Below are positions 1 through 9,126 of a DNA stretch of 64,000 nt, piece after piece. How positions within the stretch are numbered: position 1 is the stretch's first letter; each line of letters begins with the position of its first letter. Origin of the DNA: a virus (lineage: Duplodnaviria > Caudoviricetes); IMG/VR virus record IMGVR_UViG_3300023055_000005. One strand, 5' to 3'. The notes beneath the pieces are model-generated. The model was not told the DNA's origin and did no database searches. It saw only the letters and a program-made list of their open reading frames with translations. The translations under genes and the position numbers were made by a program.

Positions 1-420
1 CCGCCGACTGAGTAAGACGAACTCGCTCCACGACACCCCATACCGGTCCTTGATCCCGTTGATCATGTACCGATACATCTTGTGCTCAAGCGGGCCGTAA
101 GACCCGTATTGCTCTTTGGGGTGCATGGCAACAGCAGCCATGGGGCGAAGATCTACATCCCCCGTCTCTTCAGTGTAGCGAGAGTCGTGGTAGAAGATCC
201 CGTAGTAGTCGTCGTACTCCTCCATGCACATCAACTGCACTGACATGGAGTCAACTTCCGAACTGACCGTAGCCAGCAGGTTGTTGTGCGGACCTAGATC
301 GTTGACCTTATCCAACCCGAAACGATCAAAGACTACATGACCGTTCGGGTCTTCTTGTTCAAGGTCTACATCACAGAGGCGGAAATCGCCTTCGCTGTGC
401 GCTGGCCGAGGAGCGTGAAA
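1..420 (-). CDS. Partial conserved phiKZ-like ORF running off the window start; possible -1 frameshift (T-like) partner of the 568-aa gene
   Basis: Frame is open from above 420 down to 1 (..DPNGHVVFDRFG..MEEYDDYYGIFYHD..HKMYRYMINGIKDRYGVSWSEFVLLSRR). First ATG is at 246 with only a weak SD. Absent from the ORF track because it has no stop in the window. Confidence 0.75.
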
Positions 421-2072
421 AAAAGTCGTGTCACGTCGAGCGGCAGCAGGCGCGGATGCTTGGAGCCTTCCACGGTCTGCGGGGCGGAACAGACACGGCA
501 GTTGTAGCGCGGGATCGCCACCATTGCCACGGTCACCGAGTCGATGAACTTCTGCACGCCTTCGGTGAAGCGCTCCACCACGTCCTGGCGGCTGGAGATT
601 TCGCCGAGCAGTTCGACGAACGATTCACGCACGTCATCCTGGTCATCTTCTTCCGGGTTGAAGGTGAGCACACCTGCAACTTCTTCTTCCTTGTTCTTGA
701 AGATGATGCGCTTGACCCAGTGGCTGTACTGACGAGCGGTGGCCATGCGGGACTGCGCCATGATGTACTGGTCGCGTTCCTGCCCTTCCAGGGCGGTGCC
801 GAAGGCCGCGTCCACGCGCTCTTCGATGGAGTTGATCCATTCGAAGGAGGACTTCTCGTACAGCTCCACCGTGGGGACGGCGAACTCGACGTAGATGTCA
901 TCGCTGATGGCGCACAGCGCGGTTTCGGCGTAGGAGTGGCTGTTGACGTACTCGGTCAGCTCTGCGTCGTTGCTCTTCTGCGTACGACGGGCCATCAGCT
1001 TGCGCTGGCTCTGGCTCAGTGCACGACGGTCCACGAAGAGCAGGCGCGAGAGGTTCAGCACTTCTTCTTCGATGTGCTGGCACTGGCCGGTGTGGTTGGT
1101 GCACGGACGGGCCAGCGGGTAGCCGTTGGGGTTGTTGATCAGACCCAGCTGCAGCATGAGCAGCGGGATATCGGTGATCAGCATCTTCTGCTTGATCGAT
1201 GCCGGGGAGATGTCCTTCAGCGTGCTGTCGTACATCTTGCTGATGGCGAAGTTCGTCACCGTCAGCTGATGGTAGACGTTGTTGGCCGAGAAGGCCAAGC
1301 CGCCGGAGACACGACCCAGGGAGATCTTGCTGTTGCCCAGCTGCTGTTCCAGTTCCAGCATCTCGCCTTCACCCGGCGCCTGCAGCGACACCCAGAAGCC
1401 GGAGTGCCACATCGGTGCCTGTGCCAGCGAACCCACGCCCAGACGCGCCTTCAGGCGGCTCTTGGCTTCTTCGCCGGAGACACGGCCGTTGGTGGTGGAG
1501 TTGCCGCCGGTGGCGATCGGACGGCCGATGGCCAGCTCTTCGCCGTTGTGGTCAACAGTCTGCTGCCAGTCCGAGCCTTCGCGACTCAGGGCACGGCTGC
1601 CGTACTGACCGGTGGGCATCAGGCGCGAACCACGAGCAGCACCTTCCAGCCAGCGGATGATTTCCGGCGTCGGGGTGAGGTTGAGGTTGCCCATGCTTTC
1701 ACCGACCGGAGCGAACTCCTCGGCGGTCTGGTTCAGGGACCACAGGTGGAAGCCCTTCTCCATGTCCTGCGCTTCGGCTTCGGTGGCCAGCGGACGGGTG
1801 ACCGGACGGGTGAGGGTCACGGTCTTGCTCGGCGGCACGGCTTCCGAGCGCTTGGGCTGAACGCGACGCGCGGCGTCGGCGGCGAGCACACGTTCCTGCT
1901 TGCCGATCGGGGTCTCGACATTGGTCGCCGGGTCTTCGACGGAAGGCGGGTCAGCCGGGGTACGATCATGGTTCACGAACGTGCGCGGGTCGTCAACCGG
2001 GATCGCTGCCGCCTCGACGGGCGTTTCCACGGGTGGCTGGTCGTCGATGTTCTCGTTGGGATCCTGCGTCAC
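366..2072 (-). CDS. Conserved phiKZ-like protein, possible baseplate-hub/tail assembly chaperone (T4 gp26-like Cys motifs)
   Basis: 568 aa, GGAG SD before GTG, biased codons, PCTNHTGQC and CRVC Cys clusters, lies next to the gp80 block. Function is inferred. Confidence 0.6.
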   Translation of the reverse strand: MTQDPNENIDDQPPVETPVEAAAIPVDDPRTFVNHDRTPADPPSVEDPATNVETPIGKQERVLAADAARRVQPKRSEAVPPSKTVTLTRPVTRPLATEAEAQDMEKGFHLWSLNQTAEEFAPVGESMGNLNLTPTPEIIRWLEGAARGSRLMPTGQYGSRALSREGSDWQQTVDHNGEELAIGRPIATGGNSTTNGRVSGEEAKSRLKARLGVGSLAQAPMWHSGFWVSLQAPGEGEMLELEQQLGNSKISLGRVSGGLAFSANNVYHQLTVTNFAISKMYDSTLKDISPASIKQKMLITDIPLLMLQLGLINNPNGYPLARPCTNHTGQCQHIEEEVLNLSRLLFVDRRALSQSQRKLMARRTQKSNDAELTEYVNSHSYAETALCAISDDIYVEFAVPTVELYEKSSFEWINSIEERVDAAFGTALEGQERDQYIMAQSRMATARQYSHWVKRIIFKNKEEEVAGVLTFNPEEDDQDDVRESFVELLGEISSRQDVVERFTEGVQKFIDSVTVAMVAIPRYNCRVCSAPQTVEGSKHPRLLPLDVTRLFFTLLGQRTAKAISASVM

Positions 2073-2608
2073 TGCTCGTTCTCCTGTTGCGGGGTTTCGG
2101 CTGCTTCGGTGGCCGCTGCACTGGCCTTCAGCTCGTCACGGGTTTCCTGGTCGTAGTAGCCCAGCGTGTGCACGATGTTGGGCATCACGATGCGCGTGTG
2201 GCGACCTTGCCAGTCGGCGTACTTCTCGCCGATGTCGATGACCTGGATGGTTTCGTCACCGGTCATGCGCGGACGGCTGGTGGCACGCACGCGCTTGGTG
2301 ACGGTGTTGCTGAACTCCACGTGTTCCTTGCGGATCGAGTCCAGCTCGTTGCGGAAGGTGCGGCTGTCCTGGCTGACGACCTGAGCCACCTTGACCAGAG
2401 CGGGGCGATCTTCGACCGGCACCTGACGCAGGGCGTCCTTGTTGCGCAGGATCTGCGAGATCGGCAACACCTGTGCCAGCTGTTCTTCGCAGCCGGAGTA
2501 GACTTCATCCAGCTCGCGCAGGGACTGTGCAGTCACGTCACGATCACGGCCAGCCTTGTAGGGGCGACGGGCGCCAGTGTTCTTGCGGTTCTTGTTGCTT
2601 ACGGGCAT
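2069..2608 (-). CDS. Conserved hypothetical helical protein
   Basis: Start moved to MPVSNK (ATG 2608) because a GGAG SD precedes it; stop overlaps the next gene's GTG. Confidence 0.7.
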   Translation of the reverse strand: MPVSNKNRKNTGARRPYKAGRDRDVTAQSLRELDEVYSGCEEQLAQVLPISQILRNKDALRQVPVEDRPALVKVAQVVSQDSRTFRNELDSIRKEHVEFSNTVTKRVRATSRPRMTGDETIQVIDIGEKYADWQGRHTRIVMPNIVHTLGYYDQETRDELKASAAATEAAETPQQENEQ

Positions 2609-2706
2609 GTCTTTATCCACTCCGGGGATATGTATGTCAAAAACGAATTGCAGCCTTTTCATATAAAGGCTGGTGTGTGTACTATTTAACCGAAAAGGAG
2701 ATTTGC

Positions 2707-3534
2707 ATGTCTGGTCTACTGACTGGCATTGCTCAGCTGGGTTGCTCCCCTGAGCGGGTGTTGTTGCTGGAACGCGTCCAAGACGTGCTGGCTGCTGTGG
2801 GCTTCACGGATATCGAAACTGAAGTGGAGAATGTCTACTTCAGCGGACAGGAAGTGGAGACGCATGTGTTGATCGAACTGATCGACAATCTCTTCCACGG
2901 TTACCTCGACAGTTCCATCAAACAGCAGGGCGTGTTCACTCGCGACGACGCCAGCATGGAACAGAAGGTGATCCTGCTGGAAGACCTGCAACGCTTCGCC
3001 AACTTCGACAGCCCGCAGTTCTTCATCGAGCAGATGGACCTGGACGCCTCCGATACCGAGCGCCTGTGCGCTGGTCTGGATATCGTTGGCCAGTGGACTG
3101 CAGACCAGTATCTGGAGTTCATCGTCCACGTCAACAAGGGCTTGATCGATCGCATCCGTTCGTTCACCTCCGAAGTGGTCTCCACCGAGTCCGACGACAG
3201 TGCTGAGCTTGCTCGCGGTCGTCTGCGTATCCGTGGGTTCACCGAGACCTTCGGTAGCAACATGGTCGCAGAGCTGATCCGTGAGGGCTACAGCTGCGGT
3301 AACGACTACACCCTGTACTTGCACCAGCTGCGCGAACTGCTGCCTCAGCTGAGCGATCAGGATCTTTCCAAGAACATGGTGGCAGTAATGCTGGCCAGCT
3401 CCTTGCCGAAGGAACTGGTGCTCTCCACCGCGCTGGAAGAAATCGAACATCTTGATCTGCCGCTGTTGCGCGTGAGTGCAATCAACGGTCTGGTCGCAAA
3501 GACCTACGGGGATTTCATCAATGCTCAAGCGTGA
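2707..3534 (+). CDS. Conserved hypothetical protein upstream of RNAP subunit (phiKZ gp79-like by synteny)
   Basis: AAGGAG SD before ATG 2707; 275 aa, acidic; overlaps the RNAP gene start. Confidence 0.7.
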   Translation: MSGLLTGIAQLGCSPERVLLLERVQDVLAAVGFTDIETEVENVYFSGQEVETHVLIELIDNLFHGYLDSSIKQQGVFTRDDASMEQKVILLEDLQRFANFDSPQFFIEQMDLDASDTERLCAGLDIVGQWTADQYLEFIVHVNKGLIDRIRSFTSEVVSTESDDSAELARGRLRIRGFTETFGSNMVAELIREGYSCGNDYTLYLHQLRELLPQLSDQDLSKNMVAVMLASSLPKELVLSTALEEIEHLDLPLLRVSAINGLVAKTYGDFINAQA

Positions 3535-4855
3535 CTATTTCCTCCTCGCCATGAACAGCGGGGCATACCGCTGGAAGGCGTGGACGATCGAAGCGTTCGC
3601 TGTCACCAACCTTGCCGCCAAGGATCAGAACCGCAAGGCTGACCCGTGGACCGACCCGGAAGGTGCAAAGCAGCCTGGTGGCTATCCGTGTTCGCTGTTC
3701 TGCGAAGGCGATGTGGTGTGGTTCCATCATCCGGAAAGCGGCGAGCGCATTGTCATCGAAGACATCAAGCCGATGACCCAGCCGTTCAACTTCATGGACG
3801 AACTGGAGATCACCCCGGATGAAGTACCGAACCTGGACAAGGCAACCGTCACCACCTACGGCAACCTGCTGTTCAACTTCAACGTGTTCGTCTACGCATT
3901 CGGCGATGTGATGCCTTACATCAACGGGCCGGTCAAGGTTCGTAAGCTGGAGGCAGAACTGGAACGCCGGATGTACGATGACGGTGAGACTCCGCCTGAA
4001 GGTGGTGTCACCATCGCGCAGTATAAGAAGTTCGCTGAAGCCATGCTCTCGCTGGCTGGCCTGACGCAGCTGTGCGTACCGGCAGCTACTCCCAAGACGC
4101 TCGTGGTCAACCCGGCCATTATCAAGCGTCGTGACGAACTGCTGGCAGAGAACAAGGATCGTCTCCATGACCCGGCGGTGATTGCCGACATCGAGAACGA
4201 GCTGATCGCCATGGATCGTGCGGACTTGGCTGGCGATGAGAGCATGGGCTTCTTCATCGACAACAAGTCCTTCGACATCGTCCGTAAGAAGACGCTGATC
4301 ATGCACGGTGCCGAGTCTGCGTTCCAGGACGGCAACCATGTCCAGCTGATCCCGACCTCTCTGGATGAAGGCCTCGATCCGGACTACATGACCGAGTACG
4401 CCAACTCGCTGCGTGAGGGTTCCTACGCCCGTGGCACGTTGACGGCACTGGGTGGTTCGAAGGTGAAGGAAACCTATCGAGTCTCACAGAACGTGAGCGT
4501 CCAGCCGGAAGACTGCGGCGTGAAGTTCGGCATCCCCACCCTGATTCCGAAGGGGAAGGAAAAGTTCTACATCGGCAACTACTACTTCGAGAATGGCAAA
4601 CAAGGCCAGGTCACCGAAGAGAACGTGTCCGATCTGCAGACCCGTGCGATCGAAGTAAGGTCGCCCATCTATTGCCATGCGGAAGGCTCGAACTACTGCC
4701 GCTTCTGCGTAGGCGATGCGCTGGCCTCGGCTCCCGAAGCAATCCCCACCCTGCTGGCTGACGTCGGCTCGGACATGATGGGTCGCTTCATGGCACTGAT
4801 GCACGGCAAGAAACTCTCCACGGCCAAGTACGATTTCAAAACGGCCATTTCGTAG
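3521..4855 (+). CDS. gp80: Virion RNA polymerase beta-prime fragment (phiKZ gp80-like)
   Basis: Beta-prime-type motifs GSYARG..LGG..K, EDCG and RSPIYC..YCRFCVG (Zn site); N-terminus MLKRDYFL; position next to a gp82-like polymerase. Confidence 0.9.
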   Translation: MLKRDYFLLAMNSGAYRWKAWTIEAFAVTNLAAKDQNRKADPWTDPEGAKQPGGYPCSLFCEGDVVWFHHPESGERIVIEDIKPMTQPFNFMDELEITPDEVPNLDKATVTTYGNLLFNFNVFVYAFGDVMPYINGPVKVRKLEAELERRMYDDGETPPEGGVTIAQYKKFAEAMLSLAGLTQLCVPAATPKTLVVNPAIIKRRDELLAENKDRLHDPAVIADIENELIAMDRADLAGDESMGFFIDNKSFDIVRKKTLIMHGAESAFQDGNHVQLIPTSLDEGLDPDYMTEYANSLREGSYARGTLTALGGSKVKETYRVSQNVSVQPEDCGVKFGIPTLIPKGKEKFYIGNYYFENGKQGQVTEENVSDLQTRAIEVRSPIYCHAEGSNYCRFCVGDALASAPEAIPTLLADVGSDMMGRFMALMHGKKLSTAKYDFKTAIS

Positions 4856-4912
4856 CATGGTATGCAGAATGCCAATGCTGCCCAACAACTTCATTGACCC
4901 AGAGGTATAAAC

Positions 4913-5788
4913 ATGTCGTATCAGCAGAAGAAGCTCAAGGACTGGACCGATGCCGATTTCAAGGCCTGGTCGCAGGCCGGCGCCGAGAATGTCAACGGCA
5001 CCAAGAACACCGTCATCTTCAACCGTGCCCGCGGCCGCTTCGAAGGCGCAGCTGATCTGGATGATGCCGCACTGATCGGCCTGCTGAGCCAGCTGGAAAT
5101 CGAAGGCGAGGCTCCGGTTGCCGAAGTCGCCTCGGCCAGCGAAGAAGACGCCGGCCCGTCCGAAACCGTCGAAGGCGTCGTGCTCGACGAAGCTCCGACT
5201 GCCGAAGAAACCGAAGCTGCCGAGCGTGTCGACAGCGTCGTGGAAACCCCGGTCAACACCCGCGCTGAACTGGACGCCGTGCCCGACGACATCGCCGGCC
5301 CGAACACCCCGACCCCGCGCGTTGCCACGGTGAAGGAAAACGTGTTCACCCCGATGGGCAAGCTGACCACCGACGTGCTGGTGCGCAGCGAGCTGGAGAC
5401 CTACCTGAAGGAAATGGCTCCGGGCAAGGCCGTCAGCGCTGACCGCGTGGTCGAACTGCAGCTGCGCCTGTGGCGCGTCATCAAGCGCGTGCTGAGCTCC
5501 AACGGTAGCGACTTCAGCGCCAGCTTCGGCTACATGCTGCAGGTCTTCGCCGAGAACGACACCAAGCACTTCCACGTCGACCGCATCATGCGTGGCTTCA
5601 ACCGCATCGGCGCCCGCCTGCCGGCCCGCGAGTTCAACGCGTTCCGCAACATGCTGGACACGATGAAGCTGCTGGGCAATCCGGCCACCCGCAAGATCAC
5701 CCTGACGCAGACCGATCTGCCGTACGCTCTGCGCCATCTGGGCGATGAAGAGCAGGGCAAGGTCCGCGCGTACTTCGAAGGCCTGTAA
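4913..5788 (+). CDS. Conserved hypothetical protein (gp81-like by synteny) with acidic linker
   Basis: 291 aa, strong codon bias, GAGG SD, TATG at 4861 upstream. Confidence 0.75.
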   Translation: MSYQQKKLKDWTDADFKAWSQAGAENVNGTKNTVIFNRARGRFEGAADLDDAALIGLLSQLEIEGEAPVAEVASASEEDAGPSETVEGVVLDEAPTAEETEAAERVDSVVETPVNTRAELDAVPDDIAGPNTPTPRVATVKENVFTPMGKLTTDVLVRSELETYLKEMAPGKAVSADRVVELQLRLWRVIKRVLSSNGSDFSASFGYMLQVFAENDTKHFHVDRIMRGFNRIGARLPAREFNAFRNMLDTMKLLGNPATRKITLTQTDLPYALRHLGDEEQGKVRAYFEGL

Positions 5789-5797
5789 CGGGCCATG

Positions 5798-5850
5798 TAG
5801 CCTGCCTAGGAGGACTTCGGTTCTCCTAGGCAGCTATGCCCTTTATGCCG
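5798..5850 (+). terminator. Hairpin followed by TATGCC (twice)
   Basis: ctgcctaggag/ctcctaggcag stem directly after the 4913 gene. Confidence 0.8.
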
Positions 5851-5860
5851 TCAAAATAAT

Positions 5861-5885
5861 TTCAACCATACAACACCTACGTGAG
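5861..5885 (+). promoter_or_regulatory. Phage (putative early) promoter copy 1
   Basis: TTCAACCA-TACAAC-ACCTAC-GTGAG aligns without gaps with seven other copies. Confidence 0.65.
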
Positions 5886-5914
5886 GTCTCAACAAAACGC
5901 AGGCCTTACTAAGC

Positions 5915-5948
5915 GGCATAAAGCCCAGGGCGCGGGAACGCCCTGGGC
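5915..5948. terminator. Hairpin with 5-prime GGCATA flank
   Basis: gcccagggc/gccctgggc 9-bp stem. Confidence 0.6.
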
Positions 5949-5986
5949 CGTACTGCCTTACTTCTACTTCAATGCGGAGAAAGCGC

Positions 5987-6115
5987 ATGTCAAACAAACG
6001 TCCTCGACCCCCAAAGATTGAGTACGTCAAACCAACTAAACATCCACTGGGCCAAAAGCCCGGTAGGATCTTGAAGCAGCTCTTTCGAGCGAATGGAGGT
6101 GAGGTAGCAGCCTAA
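5987..6115 (+). CDS. Small basic protein (42 aa) missed by the ORF track
   Basis: GGAG SD; MSNKRPRPPKIEYVKPTKHPLGQKPGRILKQLFRANGGEVAA. Confidence 0.6.
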   Translation: MSNKRPRPPKIEYVKPTKHPLGQKPGRILKQLFRANGGEVAA

Positions 6116-6190
6116 CCGCCATTCATAGTATCGGCTAGGGGGTAAGAAATTACCTCCTAGACTACCCCTTAAAAGTCGATTCCAATAACT

Positions 6191-6215
6191 TTCACCTCTA
6201 TATAACTCAGGTGAA
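6191..6215 (+). promoter_or_regulatory. Phage (putative early) promoter copy 2
   Basis: TTCACCTC-TATATA-ACTCAG-GTGAA; resembles the phiKZ early TATATTAC-type promoter as I recall it. Confidence 0.8.
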
Positions 6216-6270
6216 GAGCCACATCAATCAAAGTAATTCCCTTCCGTTAGACTCACCAAGGAGTAACATC

Positions 6271-6450
6271 ATGGACATCAGTGATAACGCAGTGAAGCTG
6301 ATCGTAGCAGGTGCTGTCGTAACTGCTGCTGGTTTGGGTTATGTGACCTACAAGAAGGGTCGCAAAGATGGCGTCCGTCTGGGCGCTGCCATCCAGCTCG
6401 GGCTGTACGACGACAAGCTGCGCAAGAACAAATCCCCCAAGGCCAAGTAA
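6271..6450 (+). CDS. Single-pass membrane microprotein with basic tail (59 aa)
   Basis: AAGGAG SD; hydrophobic LIVAGAVVTAAGLGYVTY followed by a K/R-rich tail. Confidence 0.8.
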   Translation: MDISDNAVKLIVAGAVVTAAGLGYVTYKKGRKDGVRLGAAIQLGLYDDKLRKNKSPKAK

Positions 6451-6460
6451 GGACACTATC

Positions 6461-6664
6461 ATGATCATCGCAAAAGAAGACGCAATCGTTGCTGGCATCT
6501 CTCTGGCTGTTGGCGTCGCTGCAGTTGGCGCTGCCATGTACTTCGAAGGCAAGGCCCGTGGCCTGCGCTCCACCGGCGCTATCCAAGCAATGGCTGCTGG
6601 CGTTCGTGCCACGGCGGAGGCTGAAGCTGCCGCCAAGAAGCCGGCCAAGAAGACCCGTCGCTAA
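6461..6664 (+). CDS. Single-pass membrane microprotein with AKKP tail (67 aa)
   Basis: AAGGA SD; AIVAGISLAVGVAAVGAAMYF; ends AKKPAKKTRR. Confidence 0.8.
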   Translation: MIIAKEDAIVAGISLAVGVAAVGAAMYFEGKARGLRSTGAIQAMAAGVRATAEAEAAAKKPAKKTRR

Positions 6665-6733
6665 ACGCACCAAGCTGTAAACTGCAATACGAACACCCAA
6701 CCCCTTCCGCAGTACCCCTAAAGGAGCATCACC

Positions 6734-6961
6734 ATGAACTTCAAGCACACCGCTATCTTCGCCCTGCTGGTTTCCTTCTTCGGAATCATCGGCTATGGCA
6801 TCGCTGACAAGGCACTGGCCTATGAGGTCTCTGTCTGCGGCACCGGCATCACCCTCGCATCCCAGCTGATGCGCGACAACACTCCCCACTGCAGCGTGAC
6901 CTCGATCGGTTTCTTCAGTGGCCACCAGTCTTCCCGGATCGTTTTCCAGGAGCAGCAGTAA
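6734..6961 (+). CDS. Small membrane or secreted protein (75 aa)
   Basis: AAGGAG SD; N-terminal hydrophobic segment; two Cys. Confidence 0.75.
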   Translation: MNFKHTAIFALLVSFFGIIGYGIADKALAYEVSVCGTGITLASQLMRDNTPHCSVTSIGFFSGHQSSRIVFQEQQ

Positions 6962-7302
6962 TGACCGGTATCAAAGGAACCTACAAAGACGACAAGGGCG
7001 TCGTCCGTGATATCCGCCAGATGCCCAACGTGGCTGAGGAAGTAATCAAGATGGAAGCTGAGGCCGCTGAGATCGACGAGGCTGAAACTTTCCTCGAAGA
7101 CCTGGTCAACGTCAAGAAAGAAGACGTGCTCCTCACGATCGACGTACCCGAAGCCAGCGGTTGGTTCCGTAAGAAGCTGTTCTTGTCCGATGCCTTCATG
7201 ACCGAACTTGAACGCCAGCTCTACGGGGAAGGACGTGACCGCATTCGTGCTCGCCGCCGCCGTGCTCGTCAAGCTTCCAATCGCCGCCGCCGCAAGAAGT
7301 AA
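6961..7302 (+). CDS. Hypothetical protein with arginine-rich C-terminus
   Basis: TAATG coupling; ends RIRARRRRARQASNRRRRKK. Confidence 0.8.
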   Translation: MTGIKGTYKDDKGVVRDIRQMPNVAEEVIKMEAEAAEIDEAETFLEDLVNVKKEDVLLTIDVPEASGWFRKKLFLSDAFMTELERQLYGEGRDRIRARRRRARQASNRRRRKK

Positions 7303-7308
7303 CCCGCC

Positions 7309-7350
7309 AGTACTGGGAGTCTCCGTAAGGAGGCTCTCGGTGCTATGTCC
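7309..7350 (+). terminator. Hairpin followed by TATGTC
   Basis: 16-bp stem with G-U pairs and a GTAA loop. Confidence 0.75.
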
Positions 7351-7396
7351 ACCCAAAGGCTTTTCTTTTAGCCAGGAGCAATGAGGAACTACAGCC

Positions 7397-7798
7397 ATGA
7401 TCGACACGGCTACGCTTAACCAAGTGCACATGGAACAAGTCGCCCAGTGCGGCAAGAAGTTCCACCATGCAGCAGAAGTTATCGGCTGTGACGTCATGCG
7501 TCGTATCGCTTCCCTGCTCCTCGACCGGGACAAGCTGTACAACTACTACCGCCGCCCCGGTTACACTGCCAGCCTGAATCAGCCCAAGCCGGAGATCGAA
7601 ATCAAACTCCCGCTCTTCCTGGGCTATGACCTGCTGAACTCCATCGACAACTCGATCCAGCTTACGCTCCAGAGCGAACTGGAACGAGCCCTAGACGAAG
7701 TCGCCGAAACCGTCCGCCTGCAAATTGGCAAGCGTACCTACAGCGGCGAAGATCGTTCCGACAAACTCACCATCGTCCTCAAGGGCGAACTGATCTAA
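7397..7798 (+). CDS. Hypothetical protein
   Basis: GAGG SD, biased codons. Confidence 0.75.
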   Translation: MIDTATLNQVHMEQVAQCGKKFHHAAEVIGCDVMRRIASLLLDRDKLYNYYRRPGYTASLNQPKPEIEIKLPLFLGYDLLNSIDNSIQLTLQSELERALDEVAETVRLQIGKRTYSGEDRSDKLTIVLKGELI

Positions 7799-7826
7799 TT
7801 CCCTCAACTACCAAAGGTATACGAAA

Positions 7827-8195
7827 ATGATCCAAGTCAACACCAACAAGCTGCGCGGCGAACTGACCGAAAACCAGCAGGTGATCGTCAAGACCGCCAT
7901 CGCCGCCATCGCCACTGCTCTCACCGACGGTGAGCTGGTTCTCTCCAGCTCGGAAACCATCAAGGACATGCTCATCATCAAGCTGCCGTTGGCCGAGGCC
8001 TTCAGCCGCGAACTGCACCAGTCCATCGACTTCGCCACCAAGTACGAGATCCAGCGTCGTCTGGCGGCGGAGATTGTCGAAGCCCGCAACGTGATCTTCA
8101 ACATCGATATCGGCGATCGCTACGAGTCCGATGAGCAGTACGAGAAGAAGTGCCTGGACACCCTGAACTTCACCATCCCGGCGCCCACGGTCTAA
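7827..8195 (+). CDS. Hypothetical protein
   Basis: AAGG SD, biased codons. Confidence 0.75.
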   Translation: MIQVNTNKLRGELTENQQVIVKTAIAAIATALTDGELVLSSSETIKDMLIIKLPLAEAFSRELHQSIDFATKYEIQRRLAAEIVEARNVIFNIDIGDRYESDEQYEKKCLDTLNFTIPAPTV

Positions 8196-8259
8196 TCGAC
8201 CTGGGCTCCACCCTTTCCCCCGCAACAAACCTTCCGTTTACTAGCAAAGGAGTTTCACC

Positions 8260-8676
8260 ATGAAGAACCCGCTCAATGTCGTCGCCGCTTACAACGAAGC
8301 CAACCTGGTCAGCTTCCACAAGACCGGCCTGCGCAACATCGCAACCGAACGTTCCGAGACGCTGGTAACCCTCGGCAATGCCCTGACCGAGATCATGGGC
8401 AACCCGAACGAGATCCGCAAAGCCTACGAACCCGCTGAAGGCGTGGTGCGCTTCTCCGTCCGCGTCAAGTACTGGGACAAGTTCGTCACCGGCATGATGC
8501 GTCCGGCCCTCGACGACGCTGGCCTGAACGGCACCGAGATCACCTGCAACACCGACGTCGAAGTCATCGGTTACGATTTCGCCGACGTCCTCATGGTCAC
8601 CTTCACCGTACCGCTGGTCGACCCGGCCATCCTGGAAGCGGCCGCTCTGTCCGAGCTGGAACCGGCGGGGGAGTAA
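8260..8676 (+). CDS. Hypothetical protein
   Basis: AAGGAGTTTCACCATG leader. Confidence 0.8.
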   Translation: MKNPLNVVAAYNEANLVSFHKTGLRNIATERSETLVTLGNALTEIMGNPNEIRKAYEPAEGVVRFSVRVKYWDKFVTGMMRPALDDAGLNGTEITCNTDVEVIGYDFADVLMVTFTVPLVDPAILEAAALSELEPAGE

Positions 8677-8739
8677 TCCCCCGTAACACCCCCCTCCCCC
8701 AAGTCATCCACCATCCCTTAGTCTTTGGAGTACCTAGTC

Positions 8740-8859
8740 ATGATCAAGAACATTCTCGCAGTCGTCGGTGCCGCTGTCGTCCTGAAGCACGCTGTCAAGA
8801 TCGGTGTCAAGTTGTCCAAGGACTACGCCGAGCTGGAAGGCTACCGTCGCGTCAAGTAA
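8740..8859 (+). CDS. Amphipathic/membrane micropeptide (39 aa) missed by the track
   Basis: GGAG SD; MIKNILAVVGAAVVLKHAVKIGVKLSKDYAELEGYRRVK. Confidence 0.7.
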   Translation: MIKNILAVVGAAVVLKHAVKIGVKLSKDYAELEGYRRVK

Positions 8860-8899
8860 GTCTGCAGTACAACTCCCTCCGCTACCAAAGGTAATCGCA

Positions 8900-9109
8900 A
8901 TGTCCATGTTCTCCCGCAATGACCTGATCGCACTGGGCGCCACTGCTGTTGTCGCCATCGGTGTCACCTACGTCAACCACCGCATCTCCAAGAACGTGAT
9001 CGCCGCACTGACCTCTCCGGAGTCGCGTGCCAAGATCGCCGGTGCCAAGAACAAGCCGGCTCCCAAGAAGAAGCTGAAGAAGGTTGCCACCCGCGCCGCC
9101 GCTGCTTGA
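8900..9109 (+). CDS. Single-pass membrane microprotein with Lys-rich tail (69 aa)
   Basis: AAGG SD; LIALGATAVVAIGVTYV; tail KNKPAPKKKLKKVATRAAAA. Confidence 0.8.
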   Translation: MSMFSRNDLIALGATAVVAIGVTYVNHRISKNVIAALTSPESRAKIAGAKNKPAPKKKLKKVATRAAAA

Positions 9110-9126
9110 AGTCGATTCAAACAAAC

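Noticed and set aside
456-2156. Long antisense ORFs (also 10821-11831, 15719-18643, 19764-21803, 22687-24135, 27609-28910, 36962-38533, 48420-49784, 55219-56778, 59078-60820)
   Set aside because: They are exact shadows of strongly codon-biased sense genes, have no SD and give implausible protein composition.
2473-3534. Upstream-extended starts in the ORF track (2473, 2662, 3476, 6211, 18664, 19635, 29015, 34343, 35183, 39295, 46937, 59042)
   Set aside because: They overlap neighbouring genes, promoters or terminators; SD-supported downstream starts were chosen instead.
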